DNA of 64,000 nt from an uncultured Bacteroidales bacterium (GCA_905234795.1 CAJOIQ010000004.1:1582-65581); one strand, 5' to 3'. Positions 41,673 to 51,303 are shown, counted from the stretch's first letter. A program made the numbers and translations. Notes: a model not told the origin generated them from the sequence alone.

Positions 41673-43154
41673 CTAGAAGTCGTTTTGGCTGTCGAAGTTG
41701 TAGTCTGTGCCGGCCGCGCCGGGTTCATTGGCAGCGCTGGCCACCGGTCCCTGGCGTGCATACACGTCCAGGCTCTGGTCCGGTTCCACAAACTTCACCT
41801 GGGAAGCCTTGTACTTCATCTCTATATCACAAACCTCGCCATTGCGGTGTTTTGCGATAACAATATATGCTTTTTCTTTATCTTCGGGGTTGTCACTCAT
41901 GCCCACAAAGTCCGGGCGATGGATGAAAATGACCATGTCGGCATCCTGCTCGATGGAGCCGGATTCACGGAGGTCGCTCAGCTGGGGCTTGCCGGTACCG
42001 CCCGTACGCTGGACCGCGTTACGGGACAGCTGGGAAAGGGCGATGATGGGAATGTTCAGCTCCTTGGCCGTAGCCTTGAGGGTACGGGAGATGGCGGCCA
42101 CTTCCTGTTCACGCAGGCCTCTTAATTCCACGGGGCCCTGCATCAGCTGAAGGTAGTCCACCACAATGAGGCGGACGCCTTTCTGCTTGACCAGACGCTT
42201 GGCCTTGGTACGGAATTCCATGATGGGAATACCCGGGGTGTCGTCTATGTACAGCGGAGCCTTGGCCAGACGCTTGAGGGTATCCTCCAGCTGGACCCAT
42301 TCGTACTGTTCCAGCTTGACGCCGCCCTTGATCTTTTCTCCGGAAAGGCCGCTCTCGGTGGTGATGAGACGCTTGCCCAGTTGGTCGGCGCTCATTTCCA
42401 GGGAGAATACCGCAACCGGCATATTGGCGTCGACGGCGGCGTTGCGCGCAATATTCAGCGCAAAAGCTGTCTTACCCACGGACGGACGGGCGGCCAGGAT
42501 AATAAGGTCGCTCTTTTGCCACCCCTGGGTGACACGGTCGATGGAAGGATAGCCGGAAGGTACGCCGGAAGGACCGGTGATGCCCTGCAGCTCCTGCAGA
42601 TTGTCCAGCACGGAATTGATGATGGAGCCGATGTCCTGCACATCCCGCTTCACATTGTTCTGAATGGCGGCAAACACCTTGGATTGCGCGTTGTCGATGA
42701 GGTCGTCCACGTTGGTGGACTCGTCGAAGGACTGTTTCAGAATCTCATAGGAGGCGGTGATGAGGTCCCGCTGGATGGTTTTCTGCTTGAGGATTTTGAT
42801 GTAGTACTCGATGTGGGCCGCAGCGCCGATGTTCTGGGACAGGTTAGCCAGCACCACGGGGCCGCCGATAATCTCCAGATTGCCCTTGGACCGGAGTTTC
42901 TCGCTCACCGTGACCAGGTCTATGGAAACGTGCTCGTTCACCAGCTCGCTCATGGCCTCGAAGATGAGGCGGTGGTGCTGGTCATAGAAGCAGTTGGCCG
43001 TGAGCTCCTCCATGGATTCGTCGATGGTGGCGGGCTCTACCAGCATGGCGCCCAGGATGGCCGCTTCCACGTCCAGCGCCTGAGGGGGTTTGTTCCCCAT
43101 CAGGGCTTCCAGGTTCTGCGGTTCCTGTGCTTTCTTTCCTCTGGGCTCCGGCAT
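41673..43154 (-). CDS. dnaB: replicative DNA helicase
   Basis: AARPSVGKT, FSLEMS, VDYLQLM, LSQLSR, SDLRESGSIEQDAD and IAKHRNG motifs. Confidence 0.97.
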   Translation of the reverse strand: MPEPRGKKAQEPQNLEALMGNKPPQALDVEAAILGAMLVEPATIDESMEELTANCFYDQHHRLIFEAMSELVNEHVSIDLVTVSEKLRSKGNLEIIGGPVVLANLSQNIGAAAHIEYYIKILKQKTIQRDLITASYEILKQSFDESTNVDDLIDNAQSKVFAAIQNNVKRDVQDIGSIINSVLDNLQELQGITGPSGVPSGYPSIDRVTQGWQKSDLIILAARPSVGKTAFALNIARNAAVDANMPVAVFSLEMSADQLGKRLITTESGLSGEKIKGGVKLEQYEWVQLEDTLKRLAKAPLYIDDTPGIPIMEFRTKAKRLVKQKGVRLIVVDYLQLMQGPVELRGLREQEVAAISRTLKATAKELNIPIIALSQLSRNAVQRTGGTGKPQLSDLRESGSIEQDADMVIFIHRPDFVGMSDNPEDKEKAYIVIAKHRNGEVCDIEMKYKASQVKFVEPDQSLDVYARQGPVASAANEPGAAGTDYNFDSQNDF

Positions 43155-43173
43155 AGAATACTACGGCAGACGG

Positions 43174-43998
43174 TTAATCTGCAAAGTCCGGGTTGATGAT
43201 GATGCGGCCGCAATGCTCGCAGATGATGAGCTTCTTGTTGGAAGCAATCTCCACGCGGCGCTGGGGAGTGATGGTGTTGAAGCAGCCTCCGCAGGAATCT
43301 CCGTTGTAGATGCCCACCACGGCCAGGTGGTTGTTCACGCTGGCGCGGATGCGCTCATAGGCGCTCATGGTACGGGCGTCGATCTTGGCGGCGCACTCCT
43401 CACGGCGTGCACGCAGCACGGCCTCTTCCTTGGCAGTCTCTTCCACGATGGTCTCCAGTTCCTGCTTCTTGGCGGCCAGGTCCTCCTGACGGATGTTCAG
43501 ACGGTCCTTGAGCTCGTCCAGTTCGGCCTTCTTGGCACCAATCTCATAGCGGGTGTCGTTGATGGTCTTCTCGCCGATCTGGCGCAGCAGCTCCTGGTTC
43601 TCGATTTCCTTGTTCAGGGAATCGTACTCACGGGAATTGGAGATGGTCTCCAGCTGGCGCTGGTATTTCTCGATGATGCTTTCGTGCTCGGCGATAGCCA
43701 GCTTGGCATCGGCAATATTGCGGTTGAGCTGGTCGATGACGGCGCTGATGGAAGCGCTACGTTCCTTGAGGCCGGCGATCTCTTCTTCCAGGGCGGCTAC
43801 CTCGGCGGGAAGCTCACCGCGCAGCTGGATGATCTTGTCAATTTCGGAATCCGCAGCCTGCAGCTGGTACAGGGTCTTGAGCTTTTCCTCTACCGGCATG
43901 TCGGAATCGGCGAAACTCTTCTGGAGGGAGACGAAAGTTTCACGGTTGTCGATAGGGGCCTGCACTTTGGCAGCGGTGGTTTTTTTGGTACTTGCCAT
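43174..43998 (-). CDS. coiled-coil protein with C4-type zinc ribbon (DUF164 type)
   Basis: Long coiled coil plus CGGC...CEHCGRI; follows the Nif3 gene as usual in Bacteroidota. Confidence 0.88.
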   Translation of the reverse strand: MASTKKTTAAKVQAPIDNRETFVSLQKSFADSDMPVEEKLKTLYQLQAADSEIDKIIQLRGELPAEVAALEEEIAGLKERSASISAVIDQLNRNIADAKLAIAEHESIIEKYQRQLETISNSREYDSLNKEIENQELLRQIGEKTINDTRYEIGAKKAELDELKDRLNIRQEDLAAKKQELETIVEETAKEEAVLRARREECAAKIDARTMSAYERIRASVNNHLAVVGIYNGDSCGGCFNTITPQRRVEIASNKKLIICEHCGRIIINPDFAD

Positions 43999-44017
43999 AT
44001 TATAAATCGATTTATCT

Positions 44018-44806
44018 TTACATCACAAAATAGTGGACCGGATTGCTCCTGTCCAGCGCGCTACTTTTGTAGCTTGCAAAGGTAGGGAATTTTTTCCGGA
44101 TTTCCTCAAGGAAAATGTCCACAATCTCCACTTCGCTCTCAAAATGGCCCACATCCATGACCATAAAGCCTTCCGGGGTAAAGAAGTTGTGGTAGGAAAT
44201 GTCGGCGGTGATGTATAACTGAGCGCCTTTGGCCTGTGCCTGAGGGATTTCTCCCTGACCGCTTCCCCCCAGCAGGGCCACCTTGGTGATGGTTTTTTCC
44301 AGCGGCTTGGAACTCTTGATTACCTTGAGGCCGAATTTCTCCTGCACATACCGCAGGGCCTCCGTTCCGGTCATGGGCCGGGGCAGTTCTCCCAGGCATC
44401 CCAGTCCGATGGTTCCGTCTTCCTCCGGTACCATGATGGTCACATTCTTCAGCTGCAGCCGGCGGGCCATGGCTCCGCTCACGCCGGCAATCACTTTATC
44501 GGCCGTAGTATGGGCGGCATACACCGCCACCCCCTTGCGGATGGCCTGCATGATGGCAGCCCCCACGGGGTCCTTGCTGTCGATACGGCGGATGCCCTTG
44601 AAGATGAGCGGATGGTGGGTGACCACCATGTCGCAGCCCTTCTCCACGGCTTCTTCAATGAGGGCCGGGGTGCAGTCGAATCCCACCAGCACGCCGTGGA
44701 CTTCGTCCTCCGGGCTGCCGATGATGAGGCCGCTGTTGTCCCAGCTCTCCTGGATGCGGAGCGGGGCGAAAGCCTCCAGCACCGCGGTAATGTCCCCGAC
44801 TTTCAT
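44018..44806 (-). CDS. Nif3-like dinuclear metal centre protein
   Basis: QESWDNSGL, THHPLIF, YAAHTTAD and DVGHFESE motifs. Confidence 0.92.
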   Translation of the reverse strand: MKVGDITAVLEAFAPLRIQESWDNSGLIIGSPEDEVHGVLVGFDCTPALIEEAVEKGCDMVVTHHPLIFKGIRRIDSKDPVGAAIMQAIRKGVAVYAAHTTADKVIAGVSGAMARRLQLKNVTIMVPEEDGTIGLGCLGELPRPMTGTEALRYVQEKFGLKVIKSSKPLEKTITKVALLGGSGQGEIPQAQAKGAQLYITADISYHNFFTPEGFMVMDVGHFESEVEIVDIFLEEIRKKFPTFASYKSSALDRSNPVHYFVM

Positions 44807-44807
44807 G

Positions 44808-45125
44808 TTAGAGTGCTTTTTTCACCTGCATAAGATCGGCCCGGATCTCCTTGAGCATGTCCAGCGCCTTCACGCGTTTCTCCACACTGCGCCGGTCCTC
44901 CGTCATGCGCTGCCGGGCCCCCTCCAGCGTGAGCCCCTGGTTCTTCACCAGGTACTGGATCTGCTTAAGGGTCTCAATGTCCTCGGGGTGGTACAGACGG
45001 TTCCCCTTGGCATTGCGCTGCGGTTTCACGAACTGCTCGAAGTAATTGCTCCAGTAACGTATGGCCGAGGTGTTCTCCCCCAGCTCCTGCGCTACTTCGC
45101 CCATTGTAAAAATCAGTTTAGCCAT
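44808..45125 (-). CDS. MerR family transcriptional regulator
   Basis: TMGEVAQELG...IRYW, RNAKGNRLY and GLTLEGA motifs. Confidence 0.9.
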   Translation of the reverse strand: MAKLIFTMGEVAQELGENTSAIRYWSNYFEQFVKPQRNAKGNRLYHPEDIETLKQIQYLVKNQGLTLEGARQRMTEDRRSVEKRVKALDMLKEIRADLMQVKKAL

Positions 45126-45190
45126 AGTGTCACAAATATAGGAAAAAAAATCGAATTTTGCGCACCTTGGCTAACGTGGTGGTTTACAAT

Positions 45191-45249
45191 AACTTATGTT
45201 TTTCTCTTGACTCTATTTGGGATCAAGAGAAAAAGATAAATGGTTGATT
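45191..45249. repeat. 59-nt element, copy 1 of a direct repeat flanking trmB
   Basis: aactta..tttttctcttga(N5)tttgg.atcaagagaaaaa...aaNNNNttgatt; colinear with 46251-46309. Confidence 0.75.
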
Positions 45250-45275
45250 TTTAATGAGTTAGAGCCGATGCGTGA

Positions 45276-46232
45276 TTAGCGCTTGGCGGGTTGGTGGGAA
45301 AAAGAGCGGCGGGGCCCTTCGGCCTCCAGCCATTTTTCATGGTCAAACGCCTCCCCCGGGAACCGGTACGGCCCCTCGTGGTCTATGCAGAACGCCATAT
45401 ACGTAATGGGCAATCCCATCTCCAGGAACATCTTCTCATAAAACGTCTGCACCGCGGTCACCTCATCGCCGTCGGAATGCACACACCCAAATCCGTGGCC
45501 ACCCTCGGCCAATTTGAGGGGGCGCTGCCCCCTATTATCCCCCGCGGCCTTTTCTCCCTCTATGACTTTGCTCGCGCAAAGTCCCGGGTACGGCCGGGCG
45601 CCTGCTGGCGCCTGATAGCCCACGCACCGCACTCCATCGGCATAGATATCTGTGCCGAAGGCCAAAACTTCCAAATCATTGACCTTCACGACGGCCCGGG
45701 TGTATTCGTAGAGATAGCGGGAGTCGGTTTTGAGGTGGATGATGCCGCCGGAACGGAGGAAGTGCCGGTAGCGCTCCAGGAAGAGGGGTGAGGAGAGGCG
45801 GGCATTCTCGCTGCCGCGGAGTTGGGGGTCGGAGAAAGTGAGCCAGATTTCGGCCACTTCGCCGGGGCCGAAGAAGGCGTCGATGAACTCGATGCGGGTG
45901 CGCAGGAAGGCCACGTTGGGCAGGGCGTTTTCGGTGGCATATTTGGCCCCTTTCCACAGGCGGGCGCCCTTGATGTCCACGCCGATGTAATTGATTTCCG
46001 GATGTCTGACCGCCAGGGCGATGGTGTAGTCCCCCTTGCCGCAACCCAGTTCCAGGACGATGGGATGGTCGTTGCCGAACATCTCCTGCCCCCATCGGCC
46101 CTTGATGGCGTGGTCGTTCAGGCGCAGTTCTTTGCTTCCGGGCTCCTTGTTCAGGATGGCCGACGCATCGGGCTGCAGCAGGCAGCGGAACGTCTCGTTC
46201 TCGGCGAATTTTTTCAGTTTTCCGTGGCCCAT
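45276..46232 (-). CDS. trmB: tRNA (guanine-N7)-methyltransferase with a repeat-derived insertion
   Basis: LELGCGKG, GVDIKGARL, FSDPQ, IHLKTDS and QTFYEKMF motifs. Confidence 0.92.
   Translation of the reverse strand: MGHGKLKKFAENETFRCLLQPDASAILNKEPGSKELRLNDHAIKGRWGQEMFGNDHPIVLELGCGKGDYTIALAVRHPEINYIGVDIKGARLWKGAKYATENALPNVAFLRTRIEFIDAFFGPGEVAEIWLTFSDPQLRGSENARLSSPLFLERYRHFLRSGGIIHLKTDSRYLYEYTRAVVKVNDLEVLAFGTDIYADGVRCVGYQAPAGARPYPGLCASKVIEGEKAAGDNRGQRPLKLAEGGHGFGCVHSDGDEVTAVQTFYEKMFLEMGLPITYMAFCIDHEGPYRFPGEAFDHEKWLEAEGPRRSFSHQPAKR
45515..45612 (-). repeat. REP-like element inside trmB; homolog at 58311-58372
   Basis: Exact 19-mer agggggcagcgccccctca plus aggccgc and gcgcccggcc, in the same order at both sites. 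Confidence 0.78.
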
Positions 46233-46250
46233 AACTAGCTATCTATCAGA

Positions 46251-46309
46251 AACTTAACTTTTTCTCTTGATCCCGTTTGGCATCAAGAGAAAAAACCAAC
46301 CTATTGATT
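46251..46309. repeat. 59-nt element, copy 2 of a direct repeat flanking trmB
   Basis: Same length and same invariant positions as 45191-45249, offset 1060 bp. Confidence 0.75.
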
Positions 46310-46735
46310 ATCAGCCGTTTGAACATTAAGCGGAGAGCGTCGCACCACCAGCCCCATGCCGCGAAGACCTTCCGGCGGGTTGGGAACGGTGACGGTGACC
46401 GTCCAGATTCCCGGCACGGCGGGCACCACATCGACCCGGTAGGGGGCGTACGATTCCTGGGAGAAGAAGGCCGATCCACGCTCCACGGGGAGGTAGACGA
46501 TTTCCGTGAAGGAGGAACCCTCGGGGGCCAGCCATTTCACGTTCAGGGGCAAGCGGGCGGGGAATTCCGTGGCGTCGATCCGGGTAAAAAGGTCGAAGCT
46601 GTATGCCGACGTGCTGTCCGTCATGTCCACCGTGAACTCGTACGGTCCCTCTCCCCGGATGAAAGATTCCGTGGAACGGGGCTGGCTGCAGGCAAAGGCC
46701 AGGAGCAGGGTGAATAATGGCAGGAGATTCTTCAC
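46301..46735 (-). CDS. GldH-like lipoprotein
   Basis: Lipobox AFAC; holB-ricT-gldH synteny typical of Bacteroidota; GTG start. Confidence 0.65.
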   Translation of the reverse strand: MKNLLPLFTLLLAFACSQPRSTESFIRGEGPYEFTVDMTDSTSAYSFDLFTRIDATEFPARLPLNVKWLAPEGSSFTEIVYLPVERGSAFFSQESYAPYRVDVVPAVPGIWTVTVTVPNPPEGLRGMGLVVRRSPLNVQTADNQ

Positions 46736-46751
46736 TTCGTTCAGAATGACA
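46723..46751 (-). repeat. GTCATT...AATCTCC type REP-like repeat overlapping the gldH start
   Basis: tgtcattctgaacgaagtgaagaatctcc; same termini as the nested unit at 56388-56416. Confidence 0.65.
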
Positions 46752-46752
46752 A

Positions 46753-47910
46753 CTAAGACTCTTTGGGAGCTCCTTTCTTGTTGCGGTTGCGGTTTTTGCG
46801 GCGGCGCTTCTTCTTTTCGGGGTCGAAGCGGTTGATGGCGTCGTCTCCCACGGCGGTGATGAATTCGGGGGCCGAAAGGTCCTCCTGACGCAGGGTGGCG
46901 GGCTTTTCTCCACGGCGGTTCATGGCCTGGATCTCACGCACTTCATCGGCCGACAGGGGGAAGACCTGGGCCAGGGAGCCTTTCTCGTAGGAGAAATACA
47001 GGGTCTCGGCCAGGATGTCCGTCTTCACCAGCCAGGCCTGGCCATCCTCCAGTTCCAGGGGTTCGTTCACCCGCGGGATGCGGGAATGGGCGTCAAGATA
47101 GGCCTCAACCTCGTAATTGAGGCAGCACTTGAGCTTGCCGCACTGGCCGGCCAGTTTCTGGGGATTCAGGGAAAGGTCCTGCGTACGGGCGGCCGATGTG
47201 GTGATGGACTTGAACTCCGTGATGTAGTTGGCGCAGCACAGTTCGCGCCCGCACACGCCCAGGCCGCCGATGAGGCCGGCTTCCTGGCGTGCGCCGATCT
47301 GCTTCATCTCCACGCGGATGTGGAATTCCTCGGCAAAGTCCTTGATGAGTTGGCGGAAGTCCACGCGGCCATCGGCAATATAGTAGAAGATGGCCTTGGT
47401 GCCGTCTCCCTGGAACTCCACGTCCCCAATCTTCATCTCCAGGCCCAGGTTATTGGCCAGCACACGGGCACGGATCATGGTTTCCTGCTCCCGGGCGATG
47501 GCTTCCTGCCAGCGCTGGATGTCGAAGGGACGGGCCTTGCGGTAAATTTTCTTGAGTTCCTGCTGCGAAGGATCCACCCCTTTGCATTTCATCTGCCGGC
47601 CTACCACGGGGCCTTCCAGCGTCACAATGCCCAGGTCGTGGCCCGTGGCGGCTTCCACCACCACCAGGTCACCGGTCTTGATGCTCTGGCCGCTGCCATT
47701 AATGTAAATGCCCTTTCGGGTATTTTTGAAACGGACCTCGTAATAGTCGTTGAACTGCTCCTGGGCAATGCCCTTGAGCGTATCGTATACCTCCAGCTTG
47801 CAACAGCCCTGCCGGTAGCGGATGTCCTGCTCACCGGTTTTTTCGTCCGTGGCGATGGAACAGCCGCGGAAGCAGTCGAACTGAATGGTCTCGTTAGAAT
47901 AATCGGTCAT
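46753..47910 (-). CDS. ricT: PSP1-domain protein (RicT/YaaT family)
   Basis: KIGDVEFQGDG, RVDFRQL, GVCGRELCC and GQCGKLKCCLNYE motifs. Confidence 0.9.
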   Translation of the reverse strand: MTDYSNETIQFDCFRGCSIATDEKTGEQDIRYRQGCCKLEVYDTLKGIAQEQFNDYYEVRFKNTRKGIYINGSGQSIKTGDLVVVEAATGHDLGIVTLEGPVVGRQMKCKGVDPSQQELKKIYRKARPFDIQRWQEAIAREQETMIRARVLANNLGLEMKIGDVEFQGDGTKAIFYYIADGRVDFRQLIKDFAEEFHIRVEMKQIGARQEAGLIGGLGVCGRELCCANYITEFKSITTSAARTQDLSLNPQKLAGQCGKLKCCLNYEVEAYLDAHSRIPRVNEPLELEDGQAWLVKTDILAETLYFSYEKGSLAQVFPLSADEVREIQAMNRRGEKPATLRQEDLSAPEFITAVGDDAINRFDPEKKKRRRKNRNRNKKGAPKES

Positions 47911-48890
47911 GGATTCTGTATGGTATATAATTGATTCACCAGGGTGGTGAAAAGGATTTTCTGGTTCACGTTGCGCTCAATCAGGAGCAGGGACCGGTCC
48001 AGGGCTTCCATGCCCAGCCGGGGAAAAGTGGGCCGAAGGCGTTGTGCCATGGGCCGATAGTATTCTTCTGTCCCGGCGGGAAGCTGGGCCAGCTGCTGCA
48101 TTTTCTGCAGCATGAAAATGCGCCTGAGATCCTCGGAGGCCAGTTTGCAGAAGGACTTCTGCTGCTCCCGCACTTTCAGGTCGGCCACGGCCTCTCCGGT
48201 CTCCAGCGCCTTGAGCAGGTCCCGGGCCACGATGGCGTCCAGGAGGTCGTGAAACAGGTCTGTCAGCATCACGGAGCCGGCGGCTTCCCGGGCGTGGACC
48301 TCGGCATCGGCCTCCGGACTCAGCGGCTGCACCCGCAACTGCAGGCAGCGGGACGATATGGTCACCAGCACTTTCTCCGGGGCCTGGGTTATGAGGAGAA
48401 ACAGCGTTTGCTGCGGCGGTTCCTCCACCATTTTGAGGAGGGCGTTTGCGGCCTGCGCGTTCATCTTTTCCGGCAGGTACATCACCACCGTGCGCCAGCC
48501 GCCCTCCACCGCAGTCAGCGACAGCCGCTCCAGGATGCTGCGGGCCTCGTTCACGGAAATGTTGCTTTGCTTGCCTTCTATGCCGATGGCCGCATACAGC
48601 TCATTCTCAAAAAAATAGGGATTGTCCTGCAGCAGTTCCCGGAAAGGGCCGATATACTGCAGGGAAACGGGTTTGTCGGCACCCGCCACGGGGAAAACGA
48701 AGTGGATGTCGGGGTGGATGAGTCTGGCTACGCGCGGATTCCCGCCGTAGAGTTCCTCCAGGAAATTGATGACCAGAGGAAATGCTCCCCCGCCGTCGTC
48801 CTGGTGAAACAGCATGGCATGGGGAATGTGGCCGCTTTCCACCATCTGGTGGAGCGCCTTCACAATTTCCTCATTGCCATAAACTCTCAT
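47907..48890 (-). CDS. holB: DNA polymerase III subunit delta'
   Basis: HPDIHF, AANALLKMVEEPP and TISSRC motifs. Confidence 0.88.
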   Translation of the reverse strand: MRVYGNEEIVKALHQMVESGHIPHAMLFHQDDGGGAFPLVINFLEELYGGNPRVARLIHPDIHFVFPVAGADKPVSLQYIGPFRELLQDNPYFFENELYAAIGIEGKQSNISVNEARSILERLSLTAVEGGWRTVVMYLPEKMNAQAANALLKMVEEPPQQTLFLLITQAPEKVLVTISSRCLQLRVQPLSPEADAEVHAREAAGSVMLTDLFHDLLDAIVARDLLKALETGEAVADLKVREQQKSFCKLASEDLRRIFMLQKMQQLAQLPAGTEEYYRPMAQRLRPTFPRLGMEALDRSLLLIERNVNQKILFTTLVNQLYTIQNP

Positions 48891-49871
48891 TTACTTATTT
48901 CTTTTGCCTACGTATCGGGCAAGTTTTGCAAGATAACACTTTTCTTTGGAATCCGGAAGGATATCCAGGCAGGAAATGGCCTTATCCACGTACGAGTCCA
49001 TCACCAGAGCCGCTTTTTGGATTCCGTCCTGCGCCTTCACAAACGCACGGATTTCGTCCACATACTCCGGATGGTCCGGAATGTCCCTAACCAGGGCGCG
49101 GATGCGGGCTCCTTCTTCGGGCCCCACAGCCTCCAGGGCGCACAGCAGCGGCTGGGTAATCTTCTGTTCCTTCAGGTCAATGCCCACCGGCTTACCAAGA
49201 TCGGCAACATCCTCATAATCAAAGATATCGTCCTTCATCTGGAAAGCCAGGCCCACCTGGTAGGCGAAGTCTCCCATGGCCCGTTCCACGGCCTCCGGGG
49301 CGCCCACCGAAATGGAGGCCGACAACGCCGCGCTCTCGAAGAGCGAAGCGGTTTTGCCGTAGATGATGCGCAGGTAGTCGGCCTGGGTGGTATCGGCCGT
49401 CGTGGCTTTCTGCATCTGGAGAAGTTCCCCTTCTGTGAGGTGGCCGATGGTCTGGGCGAACAGACGGAGCACGCGCTCGGTCTCCCGCCGGGCGCCCAGA
49501 ATGAGCTGCAGACACTTTTCCAGCCAGTAATCGCCGATGAGCACAGCCGTAGAACCGCCCATCAGAGATGCCACCGTGGGCATGCCCCGGCGCTCCGTAG
49601 CGCCGTCCACCACGTCGTCGTGCAGGAGCGTGGCATTGTGCAACAGTTCCGTGGCGGCGGCATGACGGTAGGCATCCTCCGGCGGACGCGTGGCCTCACC
49701 GGCGGCACCCGCCACCAGCAGGGACAGCATGGGGCGCATCATCTTGCCCGGATGTTCCCGCAGGGAACGGTTGGTGGCATCCAGAAGAGGGATGTCACTG
49801 AGGAGCGCCATGTTGATATAGGCGTTCACGCGTTCCATTCCCGGCTGGAGATAGGCGACGATCTCTTCCAT
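48891..49871 (-). CDS. polyprenyl synthetase (long-chain, IspB-like)
   Basis: GKMMRP, HDDVVD, GELLQ, KTA and FQMKDDIFDY motifs. Confidence 0.92.
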   Translation of the reverse strand: MEEIVAYLQPGMERVNAYINMALLSDIPLLDATNRSLREHPGKMMRPMLSLLVAGAAGEATRPPEDAYRHAAATELLHNATLLHDDVVDGATERRGMPTVASLMGGSTAVLIGDYWLEKCLQLILGARRETERVLRLFAQTIGHLTEGELLQMQKATTADTTQADYLRIIYGKTASLFESAALSASISVGAPEAVERAMGDFAYQVGLAFQMKDDIFDYEDVADLGKPVGIDLKEQKITQPLLCALEAVGPEEGARIRALVRDIPDHPEYVDEIRAFVKAQDGIQKAALVMDSYVDKAISCLDILPDSKEKCYLAKLARYVGKRNK

Positions 49872-50401
49872 TACTTGAAACAGGCTATCAGTTCTTGCAC
49901 GGTACGGGGGAAGTGCACCAGGTCCCGGTCCACGGCCTCCATGGCGCCGGTCTCCACAAAATGGTCCAGCAGCGCGATGTAAGGGTCCCAGTACCCGTCC
50001 AGGTTAAGGGCGAAGAGTTCTCCGTCCCACTTGTGCAGTTTTTTCAGGGTGTGGGTTTCAATGAACTCGTCCACCGTGCCGATTCCTCCCGGCAGGGCGA
50101 TGGCGGCGCAGGCGCCTTCCCGCATCTTTTCCTTGCGGTCGGCCATGGTGTGCGTCCAGATGACTTCTTTGATCCCCGGGTTTTCCAGCCCCCGCATAAA
50201 TTCCGGAAGCACAGCGACATGCCGTCCTCCCAGTTTTACGGATTCCGAGGTGATGGCACCCATGGTGCCCACCTTTCCTCCGCCGGAGACGATGGTATAA
50301 TTTAAAGCATGCAGCGCGCGAACTACTTCACGCGCTGCATCGTTGTATTTTTCATCAATTTTTACGCTTGCAGCGCAAAAAATGGCTACTTTTCTATCCA
50401 T
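49871..50401 (-). CDS. LOG family protein (TIGR00730-type)
   Basis: GGG..GTMG, RKEKM and PGGIGTVDE motifs. Confidence 0.9.
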   Translation of the reverse strand: MDRKVAIFCAASVKIDEKYNDAAREVVRALHALNYTIVSGGGKVGTMGAITSESVKLGGRHVAVLPEFMRGLENPGIKEVIWTHTMADRKEKMREGACAAIALPGGIGTVDEFIETHTLKKLHKWDGELFALNLDGYWDPYIALLDHFVETGAMEAVDRDLVHFPRTVQELIACFK

Positions 50402-50976
50402 TAAAAGAAGAAACCGGCAGTAATCTTGACACCCTGGTAGTTGCTCTTCTGCAGGATGGCGGCCTTCGTCTGGTCCACAGCCTCAGTGATGTTCGTTCCG
50501 GCCAGATGACCCAGGTTCTTGTACCATTCGATACGGAGCTGCAGGTGCTTGAGGACATCGGCGCCGATACCGATACCGAAGCCATATTCCAGCTTGTTGG
50601 CGATGTTCTTGATATCGTCGTTATTGCCATAAAGCTGATATCCCAAGAAGGGTTCCAGCACCACGAAAGGACGGGCCACCAGGAGGTCGAGACCCACCTG
50701 CGCACCCACGGAAGCCTCCAGATAACCGGTCTTATACTGGACATTGTCAATGGAAGTACCCTTCATGGCATAGGTAAGGGAAGGCTGAATGGCCAGGGAT
50801 CCGATGTTAATCTTATAGGCCACACCGGCATGCCACAGGCTGGCGGTCTTGAAGTCGGCGGCTGCATCCTTGATCTTGGTGGAAGAAGAGTTGTAACCGG
50901 CAACGATACCAAACTGAGCGTGGGCCAGCGTCACGGACATCAGGGCCACGGCGATAACGGTAAGGAGTTTTTTCAT
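50401..50976 (-). CDS. outer membrane beta-barrel (porin-family) protein
   Basis: Signal peptide, alternating beta strands, C-terminal Phe. Confidence 0.8.
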   Translation of the reverse strand: MKKLLTVIAVALMSVTLAHAQFGIVAGYNSSSTKIKDAAADFKTASLWHAGVAYKINIGSLAIQPSLTYAMKGTSIDNVQYKTGYLEASVGAQVGLDLLVARPFVVLEPFLGYQLYGNNDDIKNIANKLEYGFGIGIGADVLKHLQLRIEWYKNLGHLAGTNITEAVDQTKAAILQKSNYQGVKITAGFFF

Positions 50977-50988
50977 AACGGGTTTATT

Positions 50989-51303
50989 TTATAAGTTAGC
51001 GTTAATTCTTGCGACAAGGTCGGCCTTGGGCATGGCACCCACGGTCTTGTCCACCACCTGGCCGCCCTTGAAGAACAGCAGGGTGGGGATACTCATGATT
51101 CGGAACTGGGCGGCCACTTCGTCGGCATCGTCCACATTCACCTTCACCACCTCCATCTTACCCGCCATTTCCTCTTCTACCTCGTCCAGGATGGGAGAAA
51201 GCATGCGGCACGGACCGCACCACGTGGCCCAGAAATCCACAATAACCAGCTTCTCGCTCTGGAGAAGCTCGTTGAAATTGGTATTGGTTGCAACTTTTGC
51301 CAT
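50989..51303 (-). CDS. trxA: thioredoxin
   Basis: WCGPC active site. Confidence 0.96.
   Translation of the reverse strand: MAKVATNTNFNELLQSEKLVIVDFWATWCGPCRMLSPILDEVEEEMAGKMEVVKVNVDDADEVAAQFRIMSIPTLLFFKGGQVVDKTVGAMPKADLVARINANL

Noticed and set aside
46301-46735. Gliding motility inferred from GldH
   Set aside because: GldH-like genes occur in non-gliding Bacteroidales, and no other gld/spr genes are in the window.
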